This document shows positions 1-11,679 of a DNA stretch of 48,345 bases, piece by piece. The translations under genes and the position numbers were made by a program. Where the stretch lies: NCBI GenBank assembly GCA_038087875.1, contig JAXLNO010000601.1, forward strand, positions 1-48,345. The letters are read 5' to 3'. The notes under the pieces are model-generated. The model saw nothing but the letters and a program-made list of their open reading frames with translations. It searched no databases and was not told where the DNA came from. This DNA comes from Malacoraja senta. Taxonomy: Eukaryota. Each line of letters begins with the position of its first letter. Position 1 is the stretch's first letter.

Positions 1-48
1 GCCGAATGGCCTACTCCTGCACCTATTTTCTATGTTTCTATGTTTCTA
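1..48 (+). mobile_element. CR1 LINE 3' terminus
   Basis: GCCGAATGGCCTACTCCTGCACCTATTT followed by (TTCTATGT)n tail, same as other CR1 ends in the window. Confidence 0.85.
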
Positions 49-100
49 GTCACTACCTGCCATTCTGAAAAGGACCCGTTACTCCTACTCTTTGACTTGT

Positions 101-527
101 CTTGGCAGAAAAACCAGACCATTTTCCAAGACATGGACACCATTCATTGATTTATTACAAGGATAGTATTGCACAACACAACTTTGGATTTAAATCTAAT
201 TACGGGTTGGGTGAGGTGGGTGGGTAGGGACGAAAGGCAGGTATACCAACACTTTTCTTTCTCTTTTTCTTTTTGTCCTTTTATTTATTTCTATACCTCT
301 CTTCTTTCTTTCTTTTATCCACTCTTTGGCTACACTTTGGTAGTCTAGGGGTTCTATCTTTGTACATTTCAAATTTTCTCTTTCCTGCTTTTTCTCCTTT
401 CTTTTCTTCCTAATAAAGCTAAAAAGTTAAAATTGAACCTGTACCATAACTGTGTTATTTTATATGATGTTGGTTCTATTTTTGTACATTTCCTTCGAAT
501 AAATATAAAATAAAAAATAAAAAATAA
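101..527 (+). mobile_element. L1 3' fragment (ORF2 C-terminus, 3'UTR, A-rich tail)
   Basis: Frameshifted translation ...KPDHF/KTWTPFIDLLQG* matches the L1 ORF2 ends near 3840 and 14305; pyrimidine-rich UTR; AATAAA and A-rich tail at ~499-527. Confidence 0.7.
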
Positions 528-720
528 CTATTTTACGTAATCAGACATCAGCTTATTTTACTTAAACTCACGTGATTGTTAGTCATTTAGCAACACTTAA
601 CTAAATCATTTATCCAGTAAACAAGATACTAAACAAATTAATTATTTCTACTTTTGCATCTTTGAATTCTTAATATATAAATTTGTATCTTTGTACTCAA
701 CCTATAAACTGGTATGTAAC

Positions 721-1130
721 ATAGAAACATAGAAACATAGAAAATAGGTGCAGGAGTAGGCCATTCGGCCCTTCGAGCCTGCACCGCCATTCAATATGAT
801 CATCGCTGAACATCCAACTCAGTATCCTGTACCTGCTTTCTCTCCATACCCCCTGATCCCTTTAGCCACAAGGGCCACATCTAACTCCCTCTTAAATATA
901 GCCAATGAACTGGCCTCAACTACATTCTGTGGCAGAGAATTCCAGAGATTCACCACTCTCTGTGTGAAAAATGTTTTTCGCATCTCAGTCCTAAAAGATT
1001 ACCCCTTTATCCTTAAACTGTGACCCCTTGTTCTGGACTTCCCCAACATCGGGAACAATCTTCCTGCATGTAGCCTGACCAACCCCTTAAGAATTTTGTA
1101 AGTTTCTATAAGATCCCCCCTCAATCTTCT
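721..1130 (-). mobile_element. CR1 LINE 3' fragment
   Basis: (ATAGAAAC)n tail; near-identical to the 3' ends at 16556 and 26592. Confidence 0.9.
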
Positions 1131-1599
1131 ATAATAGTAAACATTATATTATGGTGTGTAACCTTTAACTGTAGCTGGAAAAATGGGTGGCGAAATAGAG
1201 CGAGTTAGAGTGACAGCTCGGAGATTAGAGTGATAGTTGGAATTTAAGGGTGGCAAAAAGAGGAGAGATATGAGGGGTGGTGTAAGAATCTAGATACGTT
1301 AGATAAGACTGAAGCAAGGTCAGAAATTCATGGTGGCGAGACAGAGAATGGCAGAATAGAAGATGGATTGATTCGAGAGGAGTATGGAGCATGCAAGATA
1401 AGGTAGAGGAGATATGACTGTAAAACTAATAAAAAGCAGCCTGTTGCGGTGATCTGAGAGCAGTCGGAGAGCGGACAGGTGGGCGGGTGTCTTCTCTGAG
1501 TGTTCCAGCCGATGTTTGCAAATAAAGGCTTTTCGTCTTCTTGAAGAATTCTCCGTGTCTGTGTCATCTTATCCAACTCTGAATCTTGCAACCACGACA
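1131..1599 (+). mobile_element. Possible LTR remnant (3' part of a solo LTR)
   Basis: AATAAA at 1521-1526, then GT-rich U5-like sequence ending ...CCACGACA; 5' TG end and TSD not found. Confidence 0.3.
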
Positions 1600-1793
1600 C
1601 ACCGCGTTAAAGGCAGCAGGCCAGCGGTCGGAGCCTTTCTTCTGGCTCCGCCATGTTAGAAGTCCGCGCGGGGGAGGGCGAGATGCGAGCAGGAGAAAAG
1701 ACGCATCTCCGTCCAAGTGGATGACTGGAAATGCTTTCCCCCCATTCCCCCTTTTAAGGGTCAACAAACACTCCACATGGACTGCCAGTACCT

Positions 1794-2189
1794 AACATGG
1801 CCGCCCTGGGCATCACTCCCTTTTACTTCAACGGGATTGCCAGCAGTCAAGATGGCCGCCTCCCTGGGATTCACCTCCCATTGACTTCAATGGGAGTGCC
1901 CTGACCAAAGATGGCCGCCTCCCTGGGATTCACCTCACTTTGACTTCAATGGAAGTGCCCTGACCAAAGATGGCCGCCTCACAGTGACTTCAATGTGCCC
2001 TGACCAAAGATGGCCGCCGGTACACAAAAATGCTGGAGAAACCCTTCTTCAGACTGAATAAGGGTTTCGGTCCGAAACGTTGCCTGTTTCCTTCGCTCCA
2101 TAGATGCTGCTGCACCCGCTGAGTTTCTCCAGCATTTTTGTGTACCTTCATTGACTTCAATGGCTGGCTGCCAGTAGCTAAAATGGCGG
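1794..2189. repeat. ~59-bp tandem array with AAGATGGCCGCC and CATTGACTTCAATG palindrome, interrupted by a Penelope-derived element
   Basis: AAGATGGCCGCC at 1849, 1908, 1967 and 2007, variants at 1794 and 2180; perfect 10-bp-arm palindrome at 1875-1896. Confidence 0.9.
2019..2147. mobile_element. Short palindromic Penelope pLTR-derived element
   Basis: Terminal inverted repeats GGTACACAAAAATGCTGGAGAAAC / GTTTCTCCAGCATTTTTGTGTACC; body matches the Penelope terminus at 26960-27063. Confidence 0.8.
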
Positions 2190-2340
2190 GGGGGGGGAGA
2201 AAACTGCACACAAAACTCTCCTTCCATCCTCTCCCTCCCTCCCACCCCTCTCTCTCTCCCTCCCACCCCTCTCTCTCTCTCTTTCTCTCTCCTTCCACCC
2301 CTCTCTCTCTCCCTTTCCCTCCCCCTCCCTCACCTCATCT

Positions 2341-3040
2341 CTCAGATTCAGATTCAACTTTATTGTCATTGTGTAGTGTATAGTACAGAGACAACGAAAT
2401 GCAGTTAGCATCTCCCTAGAAGAGCGACATAAATATGTGCAATAAATAAACCTATTTACGTGCATACAGTCATAGTATTTTTTCCTGGTGGGAGGAGTGT
2501 CCGGGGGGGAGGGTCTAGCAGTCACCGAGGTACAGTGTTGAGTAGTGTAACATCCGCAGGGAAGCAGCTGTTCCTGGACCCGCTGGTCTGGCAACGGAGA
2601 GACCTGTAGCGCCTCCCGGATGGTAGGAGGGTAAACAGTCTGGTTGGGGTGAGAGCAGTCCTTGGCGATGCTGAGCGCCCTTCGCAGACAACGCTTGCTT
2701 TGGACAGACTCAATGGAGGGGAGTGAGGAACCGGTGATGCGTTGGGCAATTTTCACCACCCTCTGCAGTGCTTTCCGGTCGGAGACAGACCAGTTGCCAT
2801 ACCATACTGTGATACAGTTGGTAAGGATGCTCTCGATGGTGCAGCGGTAGAAGTTCACCAGAATCTGAGGAGACAGATGGACCTTCTTTAGTCTCCTCAG
2901 GAAGAAGAGGCGCTGGTGAGCCTTCTTGACCAGAGTTGAGGTATTGTGGGTCCAAGAGAGGTCATCGGAGACGTTGACCGCCAGGAACCTGAAAACACGT
3001 TCCACCTCCGTCCCGTTAATGTGGATGGGGATTTCCATCA
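2341..3040 (-). mobile_element. Rex1/Babar-clade LINE 3' fragment
   Basis: ORF 2178-3050 with DLSWTHNT..VKKAHQRLFFLRRL, FYRCTIESIL and LLPSGRRYRS; AATAAA plus (AATCTG)n tail. Confidence 0.85.
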
Positions 3041-3838
3041 CTGATTGCAATATATATGTAACACCACATTGCAGGTTCTACAGAGATTTTGATTATATTG
3101 AGTGGATGTTTCTAGATTAGTTTATGGGAATTAAACATTAAATTCCTTCCATCTGGCATATAAATTCATGACAATGAGATTTAAAAATCATGTTATATTA
3201 TGAATTCCTGTGTGAATGGGATTAGTTTGTTATTTGGATACTTAGGCTATTTTTAAAAATTATCCTTTTCTTAAGAAATGGAATCTACAGGAGATTCTTA
3301 AAGGGAAAGTAGTGGGCAGAAAGGCATGTCATGCGTGATTTAAAGAGCAAAAACTTGTAGTTTACAATGCCAAAATGGAAAAGTTGAGGAAAAACAAGGT
3401 GTACAGAGTTGCTTATTGGTTACAATCTGAGGAGTATGATTTTTTTTAAATTTATTTTTATTTTTATTTATTAGAAGTACATTACATTACAACCACATAC
3501 ATTAGTACTCGTCATTTATATCTTCTTACAATTAATGTACTCCATTTATTTTTTACACTAGAAAAGGAAAAGATTGAAAGAAAGAAGAAAGTGAAGGAAA
3601 AAGTGAAAGTGTAGGAAATGTGACAACAAAAAAGGACGAAGACCCTATAAGAGCAAAATTAAAAACAAAAGAAAAAGAGTTAAGAAATAGACCCTAGGAA
3701 AGAAAGAGAGAGAGAAAGAGGAAAAAGAGAGAAACAAATATTGTTATGAGCATTACGTAAATGGGACATACCAACGCTTCAACTATCATCCCCCCTTAAC
3801 TGACCTCAATTTTTTTTTTTTTTAAGTACTTTTGCACC

Positions 3839-6800
3839 CTATGTTTGTAATAATTCTATAAATGCAGACCACGTCAGGTGGAAGTGATCTGGTTTAATGT
3901 TTTCTCTTCTAGGTGTAATGTTTCAAACATATTTGAAATCCACATATTTATAGTTGGTATTGGAGCCTTCTTCCAAAGTTTTAGAATTAGCTTTTTTCCA
4001 ATTATTAACCCATAGTCCATTAGTTTCTTTTGAAACACATTGAGTTCTGGACCATCTTCCGTTATACCGAAGATAATCCATTCTGCTTTGGGTATCAGTC
4101 TTGTTTTAAATAACTTTGTAAAGATTTCAAAAATATCATTCCAAAATTTTTGGATTTTTGTACAGAAAACGAATGAGTGCGCTATAGTAGCTTCTTGGGA
4201 TTGACATTTATCACAAATAGATGATACATTTGGGAAAATTTTATGAATTTTAGTTTTCGAATAATATAATCTATGTAAAATTTTAAATTGTATTAAAGTG
4301 TGTCTTACATTAATCGAGCATTTATGCACGTTTAATAAGTATTCATTCCAACTTTCCTTTGAAATTTTAATAGCTAACTCTTGTTCCCAGTCTCTTCTGA
4401 TACCCTCCGTAGGTGGTATTTGTACATTTAAGATAATATTGTACAAATAAGATATTAAGTTTGCTGATTCCACTTTTATCTGCATTGCCTCGTCCAATAC
4501 ATCTACTGGGTTATTATAATGATCTTTTGTATATTTTTTCAAATAGTCGCATATTTGAAAATATTTAAAATATTGATTATTTCCGAGTTTATATTTTATT
4601 TGTAATTGTTGAAATGAAAGTAATTTTCCAGTTTCATACAAGTCACCAAGCGTTTTAATTCCTAATCTATCCCATTGTGTATACGCTTTATCTATAATAG
4701 AAGGATTAAACGAAGGGTTATTGACTATAGGTAATAAAAGTGATAAATTTCTTAATTTTAAATTTCTTAATTCCAAATTCGGATTGTACTATGAATAATT
4801 GGGTTCTTATTATAATTTATGTTATTCAGTTTCATTGGAGAGAGGAGGATCGCTCCAATGTTTCTCGAGGAGCAATCCTCTTTCTCCATTACAATCCAGT
4901 CCACTTGCTGGGCGGAGTTATCCATCAGTTGAATCATATTTTTAATATTTACTGACCAATAATAATACATAAAATTAGGTAGTGCTAAGCCCCCTAATAC
5001 TTTAGGTTTATTCAGATGAGTTTTTTGTATTCTATGTGATTTATAGTCCCATATAAAATTAGTGATATCTGAGTCGAGTTTAAAAAAAAACTTCTTTGGT
5101 AAGTATATAGGAATTGATTGAAATAGGTATAAAATTTGTGGTAAAAAGATCATTTTTATTGCGTTTATTCGGCCTATTAAAGACATCGGGAGCGTTTTCC
5201 AGAATTTAATTAGTGTGTTTAATTTATTAAGTAAGGGGTCAAAATTTGCCCTAAACATACCTTGATATGATCTGGTAATTTCGATTCCCAAGTATTTAAA
5301 TTTTTCTGTAGCTATTTTAAAAGGGAATTTTAAAAGATGTGTTGAATCTTTCGGTTTTATTGACATAATTTCACTTTTATTCCAATTTATTCTATATCCA
5401 GAAAAAGATCCAAAGTCTTCAATTAAATTTAATATATTTGGTATAGTGATTTGAGGTTTTGTAATGTACAGTAATATATCATCCGCGTATAAAGATATTT
5501 TATTATATGAATCTTTAGTATTATATCCATGGATATCAGGGTGTATTCTAATTTTTTCTGCTAGCGGTTCAATAATGAGAGCAAAGCTGTGGTGATAATG
5601 AGCATCCTTGTCTATTTCCCCTTGATAGTTGGAATTTCGAGGATAATATGTTATTAGTTAGTATTCTAGCTGTAGGTTTGTTATATAGTAACTTGATCCA
5701 TAGAATAAAATTCTCCCCCAGTTGAAATTTTTGTAATACTTTGTCCATATAATTCCATTCTACTTGATCAAATGCTTTTTCAGCATCCAGCGAAATAATT
5801 GATAATTCTTGATCTTCAGATTTGTGTGAGTGCATTATGTTGAGTAGACGTCTCATATTGTTAGATGAGTATCTCTTAGGGATAAACCCCGTCTGATCTG
5901 GGTTTATTAATTTACTAATGTATTTACTTAATCTTCTAGCTAATGTTTTCGCTAATATTTTTTGATCTGTGTTTAACAATGCTATAGCTCTATATGAACC
6001 AGGTTCTTCTAAGTCTTTATTTTTCTTAGGTATTAATGTAAACGTTGATTCCGCTAATGTATCAGGTAGTATTCGTTTTTTAAAAGCATATTGGTACATT
6101 TTTTGTAATCTTGGTATTATTTTATCATAAAAGCTTTTATAAAATTCATTAGTAAATCCGTCAGGGCCTGGTGTTTTTCCATTCTTTAGTGAGTTTATTG
6201 TATCTTCTAATTCCTTAATTGAGATTTGTGCACCCAGTTCCTCTTGTTCCTTCAGCTCTAACTTTGGAAGATTACAGGTATCCAAGAACTTTGTGATATT
6301 ATTGGAATCAATTGTCGTTTTAGATGTATACAAATTCTCATAAAATTGTGCAAATCTATTATTAATATCCTTTGGTGTTGTTAATAATTCCCCTTTATCT
6401 GATTTGATCTTTGGTATAGTATGTTCCTTTTCTCGTTTTATTAGCTGGCGAGCCAAAAGTTTATGTGGTTTATCCCCAAATTCAAAATGCTCTTGTTTTG
6501 TAATTTGAAAAAGTCTTATAAGTTTGGCAGATAATAATTTATTTAATTTAAATTTCAAAATTATTATTTTATTATGTTTATCTATTGATGGATCTTTAGC
6601 ATTATCTATATCCATTTGCCTAATAAGCTCTTCTAACTGTCTTTGTTCATTCTTATTCTTTTTATTTTGAAAAGCTTGATATGAAATTATAATACCCCTA
6701 ATGTATGCTTTAAAAGATTCCCATAATACAGCAGGCGATATATCTGGAGTATCATTTATTTGAAAAAAGACTTCCATTTGTTCTTTTAATTATATACTCA

Positions 6801-7608
6801 CTTGTGGATCTTTTAGAATTTGAGAATTAAATCTCCAAAACGATTTATTCTTAGACAATCCTTCCAGTTTTAAAAAGAAAGTTAGTGGAGAATGGTCTGA
6901 AATCGAGTTTGTGTGGTATATTGCATTAGATGTCTGGGGGATTAATTTTGTATCCAGCAGAAAGTAGTCTATACGTGAGTATGTCTTATGTACCATTGAG
7001 TAAAACGAGTATTCCCTGCCAGTTGGATTAACAATTCTCCAAACATCTGCTATATTAGTGTTGTTTATATAGGTATTGAGAAGTTCCCCAGTTTTCGATT
7101 TCATATTCCCTCTCTGTTTTTGACTTGATTTATCTAAGTACGGATCTAAAACACAGTTAAAGTCTCCTCCTATTATAACATTTTGATAGTTTGACTCTGC
7201 AATTATGTTGAAAATTTTATTGAAAAAGTGGGGGTTATCAAAGTTAGGGGCATATATATTTACCAAAGTAAGTGGAGTGTCATGGATTTCTCCATTAACT
7301 ATTAGGTATCTCCCTTCGATATCTGTTATAATATTCTTTGCTTTAAATGGTATACCTTTTCTTATGATGATTGACGTGCCTCTAGATTTTGAAGTAAATG
7401 AAGAATGGTATGTTTGACCTATCCATTTCGCCCTCAACCTAACTTGATCTTGAGATTTTAGGTGTGTTTCTTGTAGGAAGGTAATGTCGGAGTTGTACAA
7501 TTTCAGCTGAGCTAGTATCTTACCCCTTTTAATAGGTTCGTTAATACGTCTTATATTCCAACTACAAAATGAGATTCCTCCTAGATTCTTTTGTGTGGTG
7601 TCATGCAT
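3839..7608 (-). pseudogene. L1 ORF2p (APE endonuclease and reverse transcriptase), disrupted
   Basis: SWNI, LQETHL, GGDFN, SRIDY and SDH (EN); PGPDG, LDAEKAFD, RQGCSLSP and YADD near 5480 (RT); in-frame TAA at 6790-6792; frameshifts near 5590, 4770 and 3900. Confidence 0.93.
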
Positions 7609-8378
7609 TTTGAATAATTATAGTACCTTTAAATCTTGTGGTGCATCCATATCCCAGGTCTTTAGGTATTGGGGGAGCTTTTGAGTTTTTAAGTTTTGCT
7701 GGTATGTCCATTTTACGCTTATCACTAAACACAAAACACAAACAAGTGATTTTATGTGATTAAAAAAAAACTAAAAAAGTGAAGATACAGTGTCTGATAT
7801 AGTCGGCACTGTAGCGAGTTTCCCACCTGTAGGTGGGAATAAACCTTGTTTTGACTTCCATTGCGTTGTTACACAAATAGCTCCGCTCTCTTGGTTAATC
7901 ATAACATATTATAATATTAAAACGGGGCCTCATTATAACATATATATATATATCGGAATTTTAACTGCTAATTATTAAACCGATACTTTTGACTTCAATA
8001 AGAATCAACTGTTGGTTGAAGGGGTTAACGAGACGTGCCCCTGGACCTAAGCCAGTTGCTCGTTTCTCATCCCCTCCTCCCACTTATAGATAGGGTTTCA
8101 GTTTATTAAAAATTCATATTAGTATGTTAGTTCGTTATTTTTTATTTTTGTCTTTATTAGTATTCTAATCTAACATGCATAACTTATTAAGTTGTTAATA
8201 GGATAAGTTCTTACAATTGGTTATAATATTATAATCTAATAAGCAATTATATGCTTTCTGGTATATACCATTCCCATCTGTTGAGTTGTTTACTCGTTTT
8301 AAACAGAAAGTGTCCTTGATTCAACATTCCAAAGATAACAGTGTAACTATCCCCACACAAAGCATTGCTTAAAATGGT

Positions 8379-9557
8379 TCAGATCTGCCAATCCTCCCTT
8401 TCCTTTCTATTTTTCAACGATAGTTTGGGTAAATATTTAAACGCTTCTTCTGGCTTAACAAATGACTTTTCAATACCCTTAAAGGAAATACGCATTTTCG
8501 CTGGATAAAAAATCCCAAATCTGATCCCTTCTCTCCCTCTTAAAAGATCTTTAACCTTCTCAAATTTGTTTCTTTTTTGCACAATTTCATACGGGTAGTC
8601 CCTGAATATCTTAATAGTGTCATTGTCCAGCCGCAGTTGCACACCGTATTTGATTTTACTCATAACATCTTCCAGTTCTAAAATGTCCCGAAATTTCACA
8701 ATAATATGTCGTGGATACGTTTTTCCCGCACCAGATCTTTGGTTAAATCTTGGGACACGATGAGCCACTTCGATTTTCGATTCTTTGGAAAGGTTCAGCA
8801 GTTGTTTAAACAAGCCCATGGCAAACTCACGTACATCCTCCCCTTCGGCTCCCTCTGAAACTCCAAGAATTCTCAAATTCTGGCGTCTAGAGCGAGCTTC
8901 CAGGTCCAGGCATTTGACTGAGACTTTCTCCAGTTGAGTCACCATCTGTAGTGAAGTTTGTTCGTTTTCTCGCCTCATTTGCTCATGTTCTTGCCTCATT
9001 TTCGCCATGTCTTCAACCATTCGAGCCGTGTTTTTCTCCAATTCCGTAATTGTGCGCATACTTGCAGCTGCTGTTTCAAGCACAGCTGTGAACTTATCCG
9101 TAGTAGTTTCATCCATCTTGTCCATTCTCTCTGATTGTCCATCTTTCACCTCATCAATTCGTTTATGCATAATGTCCAGTGAATCAATCATATTCTTCTG
9201 GTTACCAGCATTTAATTCCCTCATCATCTTCTCCATTCCTTCCATCATTTTTGCCATATTTTCCTTCATTTCCTTCTTATCTTCCTTCATATTTTCCTTC
9301 ATTTCCTTCTTATCTTCCTTCATATTTTCCTTCATATTTTCCATCATAATTTTATTTTCGTCCAAAATCTCATCTTTCATATTTTTCACTGATTTCTTCA
9401 AGTCATCAAACTCTTTCTTAGATCTTGTATCCATTTCTGCAGCCACTTCAGAGACTTCAGAGACTTCAGAGGTAACTTCTGCTTCAGACTTCTTCTGGTC
9501 TTTCAGCAGCTTTTTCACTGCTCTCTGAGGGCTCACAGCTGGAGGCAGGTTACTCAT
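8379..9557 (-). CDS. L1 ORF1p (coiled coil, RRM, CTD)
   Basis: 392-aa open ORF; DLEARSRRQNLRILGVSEG, AHRV, PRHIIVKF and FYPAKMRI motifs. Confidence 0.92.
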   Translation of the reverse strand: MSNLPPAVSPQRAVKKLLKDQKKSEAEVTSEVSEVSEVAAEMDTRSKKEFDDLKKSVKNMKDEILDENKIMMENMKENMKEDKKEMKENMKEDKKEMKENMAKMMEGMEKMMRELNAGNQKNMIDSLDIMHKRIDEVKDGQSERMDKMDETTTDKFTAVLETAAASMRTITELEKNTARMVEDMAKMRQEHEQMRRENEQTSLQMVTQLEKVSVKCLDLEARSRRQNLRILGVSEGAEGEDVREFAMGLFKQLLNLSKESKIEVAHRVPRFNQRSGAGKTYPRHIIVKFRDILELEDVMSKIKYGVQLRLDNDTIKIFRDYPYEIVQKRNKFEKVKDLLRGREGIRFGIFYPAKMRISFKGIEKSFVKPEEAFKYLPKLSLKNRKEREDWQI

Positions 9558-11679
9558 TTAAAGGGCTTCAAACCACCGTTTAAAACACCGTTTAAAACAT
9601 CGCGCTTAATGATGACGTCATCAGCGCGGCGACCAGAAGCTCCGGTAAGGTTTTAAAAAACAATCCCGATTTTTGGACCCGTTTTACACGATAAACCGTG
9701 AAATTTTTCGGGAGAGGAGCTAGGTGCACGTCTGTTAGTCCAACATGGCGCCACCGGAAGTCTGAGGAGTATGATGATGCTACTGATTATGATATGCCAA
9801 TGTACCAGCTAGCAACTGATCTCCATAAAGACCTAGTCTATTGTTAGAAATTGTAATTTATTTACCTATCTGTTACGGACTTACAGCATATAATACAATA
9901 ATATTAAAGTTCTGATCTTGAGAATATCACATTTCTGAATTTTCAAGGCAGTCTGGCTGTTTATTACTATTTCCGTCACAACGATCAATTTTGTAATTAG
10001 CTACAATTATGTAATTAACTAATTATATGCTTTAATTTCAGGTCATCCAAGTAAGATGTTTCATATTTGTTTCAGAATGCTTCAATCTATAATAACTGAA
10101 AATTTCATTCAGTTCTCTTACTTTTTAAGAAGTTATGGGCTTTTGACTGTCCTGGATCACAGCTTTTGTGTCAAGTCAATGGAAAAGCAAAAGGGAACAA
10201 GATACTAATTTCCGAAAATGGCCATAACTTTATTAATACTGAAGATATGAAAGTGAATTAGGTGTCAAATTAAACTTTTTATGCTTTATCTGATGGGATG
10301 AATTGCAGACTTGATTTTTAATATCTCAAAATGTTGTAACATTGCTAGAAAATGTACATCCATCTTGGAGGCTGAAGGTTAGGTTGTTAGCCAAGAAAGA
10401 TAGACTTTGTTGTCCCTCAATACAGCAACATCAAGAACGATGTTGGTGGTCCTTTGTTATTTGTGGGGCCTACTCCTATCATTTACGTCATTTACTAAAC
10501 ACCTCAGTGGTGAAATAAAGATGGTCACATCATCATGGGTTAAAAATGGAAGCCTAAGCACTAAGGCCCATATCCAAAAACATAGATTTATAAGCAAAAA
10601 TTCTGAAGGGAATCACAAAGTGCAGCTCATCATCAGCTCAGGAGTTAGTGTCGTCCTCATTATGACAAGAAATCTAATCAGGCTCCTTCCTTAATCCGGG
10701 TTAACAACTCATTTCCCCCATATTGTGTGAATTCTGCAGAGAAAGAAAATTCGTTTTTATTGCTGCTCACCCTCTGTTTTGATATTTTTCCCCAGTCCCT
10801 GAATCTTTCTCTTCGTAATTCATCTCATCTCCCCCTCCAACTCACACTGTCCATCACTCTCACATTCTAAACACTGGGATCATCACCTGTCTTATCTGGT
10901 GCAAATGTCTCCGTTGGGGCACTTGCTGAGTTTCACAGCAGAAGTGTAAACAGGGCCTAACACAGATCCTTCATTCTTTACGCTGACATTATCTTCAGAA
11001 ACAACTTCTCTATTTACCCTTTACATTTAAAAGTAATTCCGTATAATTCTATTTATGTACTTGAGAACAGAACATGGGGCATGTGTGCTGAGGATGTATT
11101 TATTATAAGGATAGTAACTAACTATTGCATTGTTGGTGTTTTGACCAAAAAGCTTAATTTTTTTAATTATTTTTGCTACTTTCCACTGATTAAAAAATAA
11201 AATAGTGGTGTTTCTCTCTACTAAATGACTGCTCTTTATTCATTAAAAAATATTTCAATCTCCAACCTGGTTTGGTGTTTCCTGGTTCCAAAATAGAGTT
11301 TGGATATTTTAAAATAATTTATGCGATAAGACAATGTCTTTTTGAATTTATGAAAGAGAAATCATGGCAAACAAATCTATTGGAGATGATGGTGATGTAC
11401 CATGTAGAATAGATAAGGGAGAAGATGTGGAGACCCAAGAGTTTGCAGATTGTGGAAACACGAGCAAAGAGCAAACTGCTGGAGGGAATTTGTGGATCAG
11501 GAATCATCTGTGGAAGTAAATGGACAGATGACCATTGGCAACTGAAGAAGGGTCATGATACAGGGTCATCTGCACATTTTCCTCAACAGATGCTGCCTGA
11601 CCCACTGAGTCCCTCCAGCAGATTGTTTTGGTTTGTTTCAGGGAGAACAAGAGGATGTGTCGAATTTTCAGAAGGTCTT

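Larger units (their letters stand above)
3441..9760 (-). mobile_element. Full-length L1 retrotransposon (6.3 kb), disabled
   Basis: TSD TCTGAGGAGTATGAT at 3426-3440 and 9761-9775; poly(A) tail at 3441; CpG-rich 5'UTR; ORF1 and ORF2 (APE, RT, Cys-rich domain). Confidence 0.97.

Noticed and set aside
1794..2018. CRISPR-like array
   Set aside because: The intervening sequences are copies of each other rather than unique spacers; eukaryotic context and no cas genes
9007..9528. 173-aa hydrophobic + strand ORF (ORF0-like)
   Set aside because: Antisense shadow of the Lys/Glu/Met-rich ORF1 coiled coil; no independent support
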